From: Thermodesulfobacteriota bacterium
GTDB lineage: Bacteria > Desulfobacterota > Desulfobulbia > Desulfobulbales > S012-135
Reading direction: 5' to 3'
Assembly (NCBI GenBank): GCA_040755255.1
Contig: JBFLZZ010000015.1
Location: forward strand, 1 to 32,000
DNA: 32,000 nucleotides
Below, in pieces: positions 8,180-16,297 of this stretch. Numbering within the stretch: the stretch's first letter is position 1; every line of letters starts with the position of its first letter. The position numbers were made by a program, and so were the translations under genes. The notes beneath the pieces are model-generated. The model was not told the origin of the DNA and made no database searches. It was given only the letters and a program-made list of their open reading frames with translations.

Positions 8180-8327
8180 GCGGGGAAAATCGGTCGCGGC
8201 GGGTTCGGCGATGGAAAAATCGTGCGGGACGCCGGCGGCCGCCATGGTGCGGCAAAGGCTGTATTCCGGAGGGACGAGGCAAAAAGGAGGGAAATCGGCG
8301 ATTACCACGCTGTGCCGGCAGAGGGGG

Positions 8328-8660
8328 TCAGGGCCGCAGCTGCAGCTGCGCCAGCATGGTGTCGACGAAATGGAGGAGATACTCCCGCTGGCGCGGGGTG
8401 GCGTAGCTGACGCAGTCGCAACGGATGATGCGGCGGCTGCGGACGAGCAGTTCGAAGCTGACGCCGTCTTCGGTCAGCTCGACGGCAAAGAAGAAGGGGG
8501 CGCAGTCGCCGTGGCCGAGTTGGGCTTCTCCCGACAGGTCGCCGGGCAGCTCCAGCCAGTGGATGCCCTCGACCCCGCCCGGTTGACAGGTGTCGGCGAG
8601 ATAGGCGGAGATTTTGCCGAGTTCGGCGCGGTTCAGTTCGTCGACAACGATTTTTCGCAT
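8328..8660 (-). CDS. Hypothetical 110-aa cytoplasmic protein containing Cys residues, family not recognised
   Basis: GC3-rich codons. It is co-directional with and immediately upstream of the sulfur cluster. It has no TM spans or signal peptide. Cys motifs: DTCQP, GDCAP, RCDC. Confidence 0.6.
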   Translation of the reverse strand: MRKIVVDELNRAELGKISAYLADTCQPGGVEGIHWLELPGDLSGEAQLGHGDCAPFFFAVELTEDGVSFELLVRSRRIIRCDCVSYATPRQREYLLHFVDTMLAQLQLRP

Positions 8661-8874
8661 GCGGACCGGTCCTGGTGGAGGGAGGATGACATGACCACAG
8701 GCACGGCATCCTAATAAATTGTTGCCGGGCGGGCGAGAATTTTTTACGCTCCGGACCTACCTCCATCCGCGGATGGTGGGGAAGGGGCGGACTCGGCACC
8801 GGCCGGCCCTCGTACCCGCCGGTCCCGGGAGGGAAACGGGATCGTTTCATCAACCATCGAACGGGAGAACGCAC

Positions 8875-9219
8875 ATGTCGCAGGACTGCCTTTTCTGCAA
8901 GATCGCCCAGGGGATCATCCCCGCCAACAAGCTGCACGAGGATGACGATGTCGTCGCCTTCTGGGACATCAGCCCGCAGGCGCCGAAACATTTCCTGGTT
9001 ATTCCGAAACGGCACATCGCCGGGCCGGCCGCGGTGGACATCGGTACCGAGGCCCTGGTGGGACGGATGATCCGCGTCGCCGGCGAACTGGCGGCGGAAT
9101 GCGGCATCGGCGGCGGGTACCGGCTGGTGATGAACAACGGCGCCGAGGCCGGTCAGACCGTTTTTCATCTCCATCTGCATGTGCTGGGCGGCAGGCCCAT
9201 GGGTTGGCCGCCCGGCTGA
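8875..9219 (+). CDS. HIT-family (histidine triad) nucleotide hydrolase/transferase
   Basis: CLFCKI N-terminus and the histidine triad HLHLHVLGG. Start set to ATG 8875, which has GGGAG 7 nt upstream. Confidence 0.9.
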   Translation: MSQDCLFCKIAQGIIPANKLHEDDDVVAFWDISPQAPKHFLVIPKRHIAGPAAVDIGTEALVGRMIRVAGELAAECGIGGGYRLVMNNGAEAGQTVFHLHLHVLGGRPMGWPPG

Positions 9220-9406
9220 TGGTATCCTGAAAACGCCGATCTCCTCCGTCGTGGCGGGACCGCGGGTGCTCGACGCACCTGGTGTACGCCTCCGCGTCCT
9301 CGCCGCCGCCACTCCTTGTACATCGGAGTTTTTGCTTAGCCATCTCAGAGGCTGCGATGGACTTTTTGCGGGATCATCCCGGTTGAAGGATGAAGGCGAA
9401 GGGGAG

Positions 9407-10096
9407 TCAGGCTGCGTTGATCGCGGCCAGGGCAGCGGCGGCGAGTTCGGCCACCGATCGGGAAACGAGCCGGTCCCGGGCGGGAAGGTAGAGGGCGACC
9501 TCGCCGCGGTCGCCGGCGAGTGCCCGCAACCGCTCTGCCGCGGCGGCGATCCCCAGCCGGCCGGCGCCATGGGCGGCAAGGCCCCGCACCCCGGTGTCCG
9601 GGGAGTCGAGGTACGGGAGGAGGTGGCCGGCCGCCCCTTTCTCAAGAAGAAGGTCGCGGCGGAATTCGGCCAGACGGGCGATGGCCCACAGCAAACCGCG
9701 CTGCATCGGCTCGTACTCGAGGTAGGAGCCGTCTTCGCGCATGTAGGAGACGAGAATGTGGCAGTACTCGGCGGCGATGCCGGCATGGCAGGCCATGATC
9801 TCGGCCATGGATTCGGTGGCCCCCCAGCCGATGCCGCCCGATTCGTCGTTGAGGCTCCACATGAAGCGGCGCATCACCACCCGGGCGGCTTCCATGTCCT
9901 CGTCGGCCAGGCGGGCGACGGTGGGGCCCATGGCCATCACCGCGTGCCAGCGGACCGTCTGGTCGGCATGGCAGATGCCGGAAAAAAGGGGGTTGACCAG
10001 CTGGCGCGCCTCCACTTCCGCGCAGGCGGCCAGCATCTTCTCCAGGGGGCCGCTACGCAAGAGATGCAGGATATGGCGTTTTTCGCTGATCTTCAT
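9407..10096 (-). CDS. HEAT/armadillo-like repeat protein, function unknown
   Basis: All-helical repeat character with C-terminal HEAT-like repeats (LLPYLDSPDTGVRGLAAHGAGRLG). It lies directly downstream of fprA. The start is uncertain because a GC hairpin abuts the ATG and there is no SD. Confidence 0.65.
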   Translation of the reverse strand: MKISEKRHILHLLRSGPLEKMLAACAEVEARQLVNPLFSGICHADQTVRWHAVMAMGPTVARLADEDMEAARVVMRRFMWSLNDESGGIGWGATESMAEIMACHAGIAAEYCHILVSYMREDGSYLEYEPMQRGLLWAIARLAEFRRDLLLEKGAAGHLLPYLDSPDTGVRGLAAHGAGRLGIAAAAERLRALAGDRGEVALYLPARDRLVSRSVAELAAAALAAINAA

Positions 10097-10105
10097 GGGA
10101 AAGAA

Positions 10106-10129
10106 GCGGCCGGCGGAGATGCCGGCCGC
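10106..10129 (-). terminator. Terminator-like GC hairpin between fprA and the HEAT-repeat gene
   Basis: Perfect 9-bp stem GCGGCCGGC / GCCGGCCGC with a 6-nt loop. On the minus strand it is followed by TTCTTTCCC, then immediately by the ATG at 10096. Confidence 0.45.
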
Positions 10130-10277
10130 CCATGGTCACGGTTGACGGGCTGGCTCAGCCGCTGCTCAGGAGTAAACCATCACAGGGGGAAGCCTCTACG
10201 TTTGTCGGATGAGCCGAGATCCGTAAGGAGGGCAGGGTGCCGGAGCGGATTCGGTGCCCTGTGCCCCCTTGCGCCGC

Positions 10278-11477
10278 TCATTCCTCGGTGGCGGCGATCA
10301 CCGCCTTTCCGATGCGGTTGCCCATTTCCACGCACTGCTTCAGGGTGTCGTGGGCCGGGACGTACTTGACCCGCAGTCCCTCCTCGATGATGTCGAACTT
10401 CATCTCGGTCATCGCCTCGTTCATCAGTTTCACCGCTTCGCCGCTCCAGCCGTAGGAACCGAAGGCGGCGCCGATCTTGTTGGTGGGCCGCAGGCCGCGC
10501 ATGTACATGAGGAAACCCGCCATGCGCGGCAGCATGCCGTTGTTAAGGGTGGCGCAGCCGAGGATCACCGCCTTGGCTTCGAGCACGTCGGTCATCACCT
10601 CGCTGCGATGGTTCACCGACAGATCGACCATCTTGACGGAAACCCCGGTTTCGGCGATGCCGGCGGTGACCGCCTTGGCCATCTTCTTCGTGCTTTCCCA
10701 CATGGTGTCGTAGATGACCAGGGCGCGGCGCTTGCCCTTGTTCTGCGACCAGCGGGCATAGGCATCCATGATGTCGCCGATGTGGGAGCGCCAGATGAGG
10801 CCGTGGTCCGGGGCGATCATCCGGACGTCCAGCTTCATCTCGGTCACCTTGGCCAGCAGCTTCTGGACCAGGGGAGAGTAGAGGGTGAGGATGTTGGCGT
10901 AGTATTTCTGCGCCTGTTCCATCAGGAAGGTGTGGTCCACCTCGTCGTCGAACCGTTCGCTGGTGGCGAAGTGCTGGCCGAAGGCGTCGCTGGAAAAGAG
11001 CAATCCGTCCTCGGCGACGTAGGTGAACATCGAGTCCGGCCAGTGCAGCATCCGCGTTTCCAGGAAGTGGAGGGTTTTGTTGCCGAGGGAAAGCGTGTCG
11101 CCGGAGGCCACTTCCACCAGGGGCCAGTCGGTGGGGTGAAAATGCTCCATGATCGCCTTCTTGCCCATCTTGGAGCAGAAGATCTTCTCCGGCCTGACCC
11201 GCTCGACGATCTGCGGCAGGGCGCCGGAATGGTCCATCTCCACGTGATTGACGATGAGATAGTCGATCTTTTCCGGCTCGGTCAGCTGGGAGATGTGGTG
11301 CAGCAGATCGCCTACGTGGGATTTCTTCACCGTATCGATCAGGGCGATTTTTTCGTCCTTGATCAGGAAGGCGTTGTAGGTGGTGCCCTTGTAGGTGGAA
11401 TAGCCGTGGAAGTCGCGGATATTCCAGTCGATGGCACCGACCCAGTGGATGTTGTCGGCTATCGTTTGTGGGTTCAT
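10278..11477 (-). CDS. fprA: Flavodiiron protein (FprA / rubredoxin:oxygen oxidoreductase type; O2/NO reductase)
   Basis: Metallo-beta-lactamase-like domain with the diiron motif NHVEMDHSG (HxExDH), followed by a flavodoxin-like C-terminal domain. 399 aa. Confidence 0.95.
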   Translation of the reverse strand: MNPQTIADNIHWVGAIDWNIRDFHGYSTYKGTTYNAFLIKDEKIALIDTVKKSHVGDLLHHISQLTEPEKIDYLIVNHVEMDHSGALPQIVERVRPEKIFCSKMGKKAIMEHFHPTDWPLVEVASGDTLSLGNKTLHFLETRMLHWPDSMFTYVAEDGLLFSSDAFGQHFATSERFDDEVDHTFLMEQAQKYYANILTLYSPLVQKLLAKVTEMKLDVRMIAPDHGLIWRSHIGDIMDAYARWSQNKGKRRALVIYDTMWESTKKMAKAVTAGIAETGVSVKMVDLSVNHRSEVMTDVLEAKAVILGCATLNNGMLPRMAGFLMYMRGLRPTNKIGAAFGSYGWSGEAVKLMNEAMTEMKFDIIEEGLRVKYVPAHDTLKQCVEMGNRIGKAVIAATEE

Positions 11478-11502
11478 GGCAATCCTCTGCTGGGTAATAG
11501 GC

Positions 11503-12015
11503 TTATTCCTTGGCGGCCGGCATGACGAACCGGCGCGCCGCGAGTTCGGTGTCCAGCACGAACAGGCCGCTTACGTCGGTGCCGATCAGTTTCAGCCGGT
11601 CGACCAGGGTGGCGGCGGTCGATTCCTCCTCCACCTGTTCGGAGATGAACCATTGGAGGAAGTTGTTGGTGGCGTGGTCCTTTTCCTTGATGGCCAGGTC
11701 GACGAGACCGTTGATCAGGCCGGTTACCTTCTGTTCGTGTTCGAGCACCTGTTGAAATACCTCCAGGGTGGACTTCCACGTGGCTGGCGGCTGGGCGATG
11801 GCCTGCAGCACCACCCGGCCGCCCCGGTCGCTGACGTAGTTGAACATCTTCATGCCGTGGAACATTTCCTCCTGGGTCTGCTGCTTCATCCAGTTGACGA
11901 AGCCCGGCAGGCTGATCGAGTCGAAATGGGTGGCCATGGACAGATAGAGATAGGCGGAGAAGAACTCGGCGTTGATCTGGTCGTTCAACGCCTTTTCCAT
12001 TTTCTTGCTCAGCAT
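11503..12015 (-). CDS. ftn: Ferritin (non-heme, FtnA-like)
   Basis: LNDQINAEFFSAYLYLSM and QEEMFHGMK ferroxidase-centre motifs. 170 aa. Confidence 0.9.
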   Translation of the reverse strand: MLSKKMEKALNDQINAEFFSAYLYLSMATHFDSISLPGFVNWMKQQTQEEMFHGMKMFNYVSDRGGRVVLQAIAQPPATWKSTLEVFQQVLEHEQKVTGLINGLVDLAIKEKDHATNNFLQWFISEQVEEESTAATLVDRLKLIGTDVSGLFVLDTELAARRFVMPAAKE

Positions 12016-12016
12016 G

Positions 12017-12391
12017 TCATGCCCTCCAGAGTCCGTGCAGGTTGCAGTATTCGCGGGCGGTGACGCCGCTTTCGGTTACCGGGAAGAAGGCCTCGGCCTT
12101 GTCGCCCGGTTTGAGGAACTGCCGCCAGGCCTTGCCGCCGGCGATGAGCTCGATCCACTCGATGTAGTGTTTCTCCTCCATGGGATGGGCGACCGCGCCC
12201 ACCTTCACCAGGTAGCCGTCGGCGGTCTTCTCGATCACCGGCACGTGTTTTTCCTTGGCGGCGTCCACCGTGTTTTCCGTCATCAGCCGCATGGGCTGGC
12301 CGCAGCAGACCAGTTCGCCGGCGCCGGCATGGAGCATCTCGACGATGTTGCCGCACAGTTCGCATTTGTACACTTCCAGTTGCTTGGTCAT
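12017..12391 (-). CDS. dfx: Desulfoferrodoxin (2Fe superoxide reductase)
   Basis: N-terminal desulforedoxin Cys cluster CELCGN...VCCGQPM. C-terminal SOR centre-II ligands ([24 protein letters not shown]). The start of ftn is 1 nt after the dfx stop. Confidence 0.95.
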   Translation of the reverse strand: MTKQLEVYKCELCGNIVEMLHAGAGELVCCGQPMRLMTENTVDAAKEKHVPVIEKTADGYLVKVGAVAHPMEEKHYIEWIELIAGGKAWRQFLKPGDKAEAFFPVTESGVTAREYCNLHGLWRA

Positions 12392-12439
12392 GATCCTACC
12401 TCCTGTGTTCGGTTGAAAAGGGTGACGAAGGAAAAGGGC

Positions 12440-13015
12440 TTACCAGTTTTCGCCGAGAAGTTCGAAGTGGGCCTGGGTATGGGCGCATGCCGGGCAGATG
12501 CCGGGGGCCTCGTGTTCTTCGTGGAGATAGCCGCAGTTGCGGCAGCGCCAGGTGGTTTTCCCGGCCCGCTTGAATACCTTGCCTTCCCTGATGTTGGCCG
12601 CCAGCGCCAGATAGCGTTTCTCGTGCTGCTTTTCCGCGACGGCGATGGCAAGAAAGGCGGAGGCGATCTGGTCGAAACCCTCCTCGCGGGCGATGGCGGC
12701 GAACTCCGGGTACATGTGGGTGTGTTCGTGATTTTCGCCGGCGGCGGCGGCGACGAGATTGTCGGCGGTGGAGGCGATGCAGCCTGCCGGAAAGGCGGCG
12801 GTGAACTCCACCTCACCCCCCTCGAGGAACTTGAACAAACGCTTGGCGTGCTCCCGTTCCTGATGGGCGGTCTCTTCGAAGATGTCGGCGATCTGGACGA
12901 AACCTTCCTTTCTGGCCTTGGAGGCAAAGTAGGTGTAACGGTTGCGGGCCTGGGATTCACCCGCGAAGGCGGTGAGAATGTTCCGTTCGGTTCGGCTGCC
13001 CCTGAGCGTGGTCAT
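12440..13015 (-). CDS. rbr: Rubrerythrin
   Basis: Diiron ExxH motifs (EREHAKR, ENHEHTH, EKQHEKR) plus a C-terminal rubredoxin-like CRNCGY...CPAC. Start set to ATG 13015, which has AGGAGG upstream. Confidence 0.95.
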   Translation of the reverse strand: MTTLRGSRTERNILTAFAGESQARNRYTYFASKARKEGFVQIADIFEETAHQEREHAKRLFKFLEGGEVEFTAAFPAGCIASTADNLVAAAAGENHEHTHMYPEFAAIAREEGFDQIASAFLAIAVAEKQHEKRYLALAANIREGKVFKRAGKTTWRCRNCGYLHEEHEAPGICPACAHTQAHFELLGENW

Positions 13016-13273
13016 CGGTTGGACCTCCTGTCTTTTTTTTTGATCGGAAAATCGTGCCTGCGGCGGCTGTACCGCAGCGCCTTGCCTTCTGTCGTCTGCT
13101 CCGAGTCCGGAGGTCACCGTTCCGGAATGGAGATGATCATAGCAAGAGAGGGCGATGGAATTCCAGCACTATGTTGGTCGGATCGGCCCGGAAACAGGAC
13201 CAAAGAAGTCTTCTTTCTGTGCCTGGCGGCAAGCACAGGCGGTGCGGCTGGCTCCAGGCGCAAACCGCCGGGG

Positions 13274-13669
13274 TCAGCTGGCCGCACAGTGCGGACAGAG
13301 TCCGATGAATTCCGTGTGATGGCGCAGGATGTGATAGGGGGTCGAGGCCCGCACCTGCTCTTCCAGCCGGTAGTCGGGGGCGATGTCGATGTCCTCGACC
13401 TTGTTGCATTTGAGACAACGGATGTGGTAATGAACCTCTGCGTTGCCGTCGAAGCGTTTCTGGGAGCCGCCCACGTCGATTTTCTGGATGATGCCGCAGT
13501 CGGACAGGATATCGAGGTTGCGGTACACGGTTCCCAGACTGATTTTCGGCATCCTGCGGCGGAGAATCTGGTACATCTCGTCGGCCGTGGGATGGCTTTT
13601 CAGTTTGCGAAGCTCCTCGAGGATGACCTGTCTCTGCTTGGTCATACGCAGACAGCCGGCGGTCGTCAT
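13274..13669 (-). CDS. perR: Fur-family regulator, PerR-like
   Basis: wHTH N-terminal domain, HYH metal motif, and CLKC...CPHC structural Zn site. It heads the rbr-dfx-ftn-fprA genes. Start set to ATG 13669 (GGGAGGA RBS). The longer ORF start would lie inside the operator. Confidence 0.85.
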   Translation of the reverse strand: MTTAGCLRMTKQRQVILEELRKLKSHPTADEMYQILRRRMPKISLGTVYRNLDILSDCGIIQKIDVGGSQKRFDGNAEVHYHIRCLKCNKVEDIDIAPDYRLEEQVRASTPYHILRHHTEFIGLCPHCAAS

Positions 13670-13683
13670 GATTTCCTCCCTCT

Positions 13684-13698
13684 TGAGAATCATTATCA
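13684..13698. promoter_or_regulatory. Fur/PerR-box (7-1-7 inverted repeat) in the perR leader
   Basis: TGAGAATCATTATCA matches the 7-1-7 consensus TGATAATnATTATCA at 14 of 15 positions. It sits 15 nt upstream of the perR start, in an AT-rich divergent region shared with the sat-like gene. Confidence 0.65.
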
Positions 13699-13911
13699 CC
13701 AGGATACTAAGAACTCGGATAGTTTACAATAAAAAATATCTTCCCTTGCAAGAAACGCGGCGGCGAACAATTCCGCCCAGAATGGCACAAAAGTCGGCGC
13801 GTTTCCAGTAAAAACGATAAAATAACTCCTGCATGACGGGCGCGCCGGCTCCCGGCCCGCTGCCGGACGGCGGCGCCGCCCGAAAACGGATGAAATCAAG
13901 GAAAAGACGGT

Positions 13912-15618
13912 ATGAGCGACCTGCACCACAACGACTACGCGGAAAGTCTGCTGGTCCATTTCCGCAGGGTGGAAAACCTGCGCGAGGAGGCCCTGGGCCT
14001 TCCCTCCCTCGACCTCAACGCCAGACAGCTCTGCGATCTTGAACTGCTGCTCAACCGGGCACTGTACCCGCTGGCGGGATACAATACGGAGGAGGAGTAC
14101 CAAAGCATCCTCGACACCATGCGGTTGCCCGACGGCACTCCCTGGCCGATTCCCGTCTGTCTCGACGTCAGTGCCCGCTTCGCCGAAGGGCTCCAGGCCG
14201 GCCGGCGCATCGCCCTCAACGACCCGGAGGGCTTTCTGCTGGCGGTGTTGAGCATCCGTTCCATCTGGCAGCCCGACAAGGCGGCGGAGGCCCGGGCGGT
14301 TTACGCCAGCGACGATCCCGGCGCCCATCCCGGGGTGCGGCGGCTGCTGGAGGAGGTAGGGCCGTGCTACCTGGGGGGCAAGCTCGAAGGGCTGCACCTG
14401 CCCATCCATTACGATTTCGCCGAACTGCGCCTGGCCCCCTCCGAGGTGCACCGCCGTTTCTACCAGAACGGCTGGCGCAAGGTCATCGGCTACCATTCCC
14501 GGTCCTGCATGCACCGGCGGGAGCGGCAGATGGTCCTCGCCTCGGCCCGTGAGGCCGGCGCCAACATCCTGCTGCATCCGGTGGTCGAGCCCGGCAGTCT
14601 GGAAAACATGGATCACTACACCGGCGTCCGCTGCCACCAGAAGATCGCCGACCGCTTCCCCCGCAACATGACCATGCTGGCGATCATGCCCTACGCCAGC
14701 CGGATGGCCGGGCCGAAGGAGGCGCTCTGGCAGGCGATCATCCGCAAGAACTACGGCTGCAGCCATTTCCTCGTCAGCGAGGACCATGCCGATCCCCATG
14801 CCGGCACCGATCGTCTCTTCTATCCCCGGCACGCGGCCCAGGAACTGGTGCAGGGGCTGGAGGGAGAAACCGGCATCGTCATGATGCCGGCGGTGGAGAT
14901 GGAATACGTGGAGGAGCGGGCTCAGTACATTCCGGCCGCCGAGGTGACCGCGGAGATGAAGGTCCTGCAACTCTCCGAGGACGAATTGCGGCGGCGGATG
15001 GAGCGGAGTCTGCCGGTGCCGGAGTGGTTCACTTACCCGGAGATCGTCGCCGAACTGCAGTATGCCTACCCCCCCCGGCTCAAGCAGGGCTTCACCGTGT
15101 TCTTTACCGGGCTTTCCGGCTCGGGGAAATCGACCCTGGCCAAGGTGCTGTTCGCCCGCTTTCTGGAAATGCGCGACCGGCCGGTGACCCTGCTCGACGG
15201 TGACATCGTCCGCAAAAACCTGTCCAGCGAGCTCACTTTTTCCAAGGAACACCGCAATCTCAACATCACCCGCATCGGTTTTGTCGCCAGCGAGATCACC
15301 AAGAACGGCGGCATCGCCATCTGCGCCCCCATCGCCCCCTACCCGGAATCGCGCCGCGCCGCCCGGCAGATGGTGAGCAGGTACGGCGGCTTCGTCGAGA
15401 TTCACGTGGCCACCCCCATCGAGGTATGCGAGGCGCGCGATCGCAAGGGCCTCTACGCCAAGGCCCGCGCCGGCAAGGTCAAGGGGGTCACCGGAGTTTC
15501 CGACCCCTATATCGCCCCCGAGCATCCGGAACTGGTCATCGATACCAGCGATGTCAGCCCCACCGAGGCGGCCCAGGAAGTGCTCCTCTATCTGGAAGAG
15601 CAGGGCTATCTGGCCTGA
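13912..15618 (+). CDS. cysC: Fusion of an ATP-sulfurylase-like domain (degenerate motifs) and adenylylsulfate (APS) kinase
   Basis: C-terminal domain from about residue 390: P-loop GLSGSGKST, LLDGDIVR, and a typical CysC core. The N-terminal roughly 390 aa has sulfurylase-like architecture (LYPLAGY, LLHPVV), but the catalytic motifs are changed (see findings). Confidence 0.9.
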   Translation: MSDLHHNDYAESLLVHFRRVENLREEALGLPSLDLNARQLCDLELLLNRALYPLAGYNTEEEYQSILDTMRLPDGTPWPIPVCLDVSARFAEGLQAGRRIALNDPEGFLLAVLSIRSIWQPDKAAEARAVYASDDPGAHPGVRRLLEEVGPCYLGGKLEGLHLPIHYDFAELRLAPSEVHRRFYQNGWRKVIGYHSRSCMHRRERQMVLASAREAGANILLHPVVEPGSLENMDHYTGVRCHQKIADRFPRNMTMLAIMPYASRMAGPKEALWQAIIRKNYGCSHFLVSEDHADPHAGTDRLFYPRHAAQELVQGLEGETGIVMMPAVEMEYVEERAQYIPAAEVTAEMKVLQLSEDELRRRMERSLPVPEWFTYPEIVAELQYAYPPRLKQGFTVFFTGLSGSGKSTLAKVLFARFLEMRDRPVTLLDGDIVRKNLSSELTFSKEHRNLNITRIGFVASEITKNGGIAICAPIAPYPESRRAARQMVSRYGGFVEIHVATPIEVCEARDRKGLYAKARAGKVKGVTGVSDPYIAPEHPELVIDTSDVSPTEAAQEVLLYLEEQGYLA

Positions 15619-15640
15619 TGGCGATCGGCGTGCTCCGGTC

Positions 15641-16297
15641 ATGACCGCGGGGAACGGCGCGCCGGTGAAGGTCTTTCTTCCCGGCTGGGGCTTCGACGCC
15701 GCCCTGCTCGATTTCGCCGGGCTTTCCGGCTGGTGGTCGCCGCCCGGACCGGTGCGCGGCTGGCCGGATGCCATCGACGCGCAGGTCGGCAGCGCTCCCG
15801 GGCGTCGGCTGCTGCTGGCCGGCTGGTCCCTGGGCGCCGGCGTCGCCCTCTCCTATGCCCTGGCGCATCCGGGCCGGATCGACCGTCTCGTTCTGCTTGC
15901 CCTGCGCCGAGGATGGCCGCCGGCGGAACTCGCCGCCATCCGCGCCGGCCTTGCCGTGGACTCGGCGGGATTCATGACCGATTTCTACCGGAAATGCTTC
16001 GCCGGCCAGCGGGGGGAATGGCAGCGGTTCAAGGATGGATGCATGCCCGCTCTGCTTGCCGCTCTCGATCCGGCGGCGCTCAGCCAGGGGCTCGATGTTC
16101 TCGCCGCCGCGGCGATGCCGGCGGCCGTACCCCTGCCGCCGGAGCTGCGCGGCCGGGTCGTCCAACTCCACGGCCGCCGCGATCTCGTCGCCCCCCTTGC
16201 CGATATCGCCGAGCTGCCGGGCGTCTCCCCCATCATCCTTCCCCATGCCGGGCACGGGTTGCCCTTTGCCGATGAGTGCCGAAGACTGTTCGTTTAA
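15641..16297 (+). CDS. Alpha/beta hydrolase, BioH-like pimeloyl-ACP methyl ester esterase candidate
   Basis: Nucleophile elbow GWSLGA and C-terminal PHAGHG His motif. It lies immediately upstream of bioC and overlaps it. Start at ATG 15641, 22 nt after the sat-like/cysC stop. Confidence 0.7.
   Translation: MTAGNGAPVKVFLPGWGFDAALLDFAGLSGWWSPPGPVRGWPDAIDAQVGSAPGRRLLLAGWSLGAGVALSYALAHPGRIDRLVLLALRRGWPPAELAAIRAGLAVDSAGFMTDFYRKCFAGQRGEWQRFKDGCMPALLAALDPAALSQGLDVLAAAAMPAAVPLPPELRGRVVQLHGRRDLVAPLADIAELPGVSPIILPHAGHGLPFADECRRLFV

Noticed and set aside
8763-8776. 14-bp perfect palindrome CCATCCGCGGATGG in the divergent region upstream of the HIT gene
   Set aside because: A spacerless 7+7 palindrome of this kind is expected about once or twice by chance in 32 kb of GC-rich DNA, and there is no supporting context.
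8302-9786. 494-aa minus-strand ORF, and similar long alternate-frame ORFs (for example 6978-8126+, 10254-11525+, 4231-5424+, 11972-13732+, 20221-21312+, 20892-22553+, 25445-26368+, 27103-28536+)
   Set aside because: All of them overlap motif-supported genes in another frame or strand. All have Arg/Pro/Gly/Ala-biased composition, which is characteristic of non-coding frames in high-GC sequence.
13783-13797. Possible sigma54 -24/-12 element (TGGCAC-n5-TCGG) upstream of the sat-like gene
   Set aside because: The -24 half is perfect, but the -12 half (TCGG versus TTGC) is poor. No enhancer-binding protein gene is nearby. The evidence is too weak to call.
13696-15774. 692-aa ORF on the minus strand
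   Set aside because: It is antisense to the well-supported sat-like/cysC gene. Its composition is rich in Arg, Gly, Ala and Pro with no motifs. This is a typical shadow ORF in GC-rich DNA.
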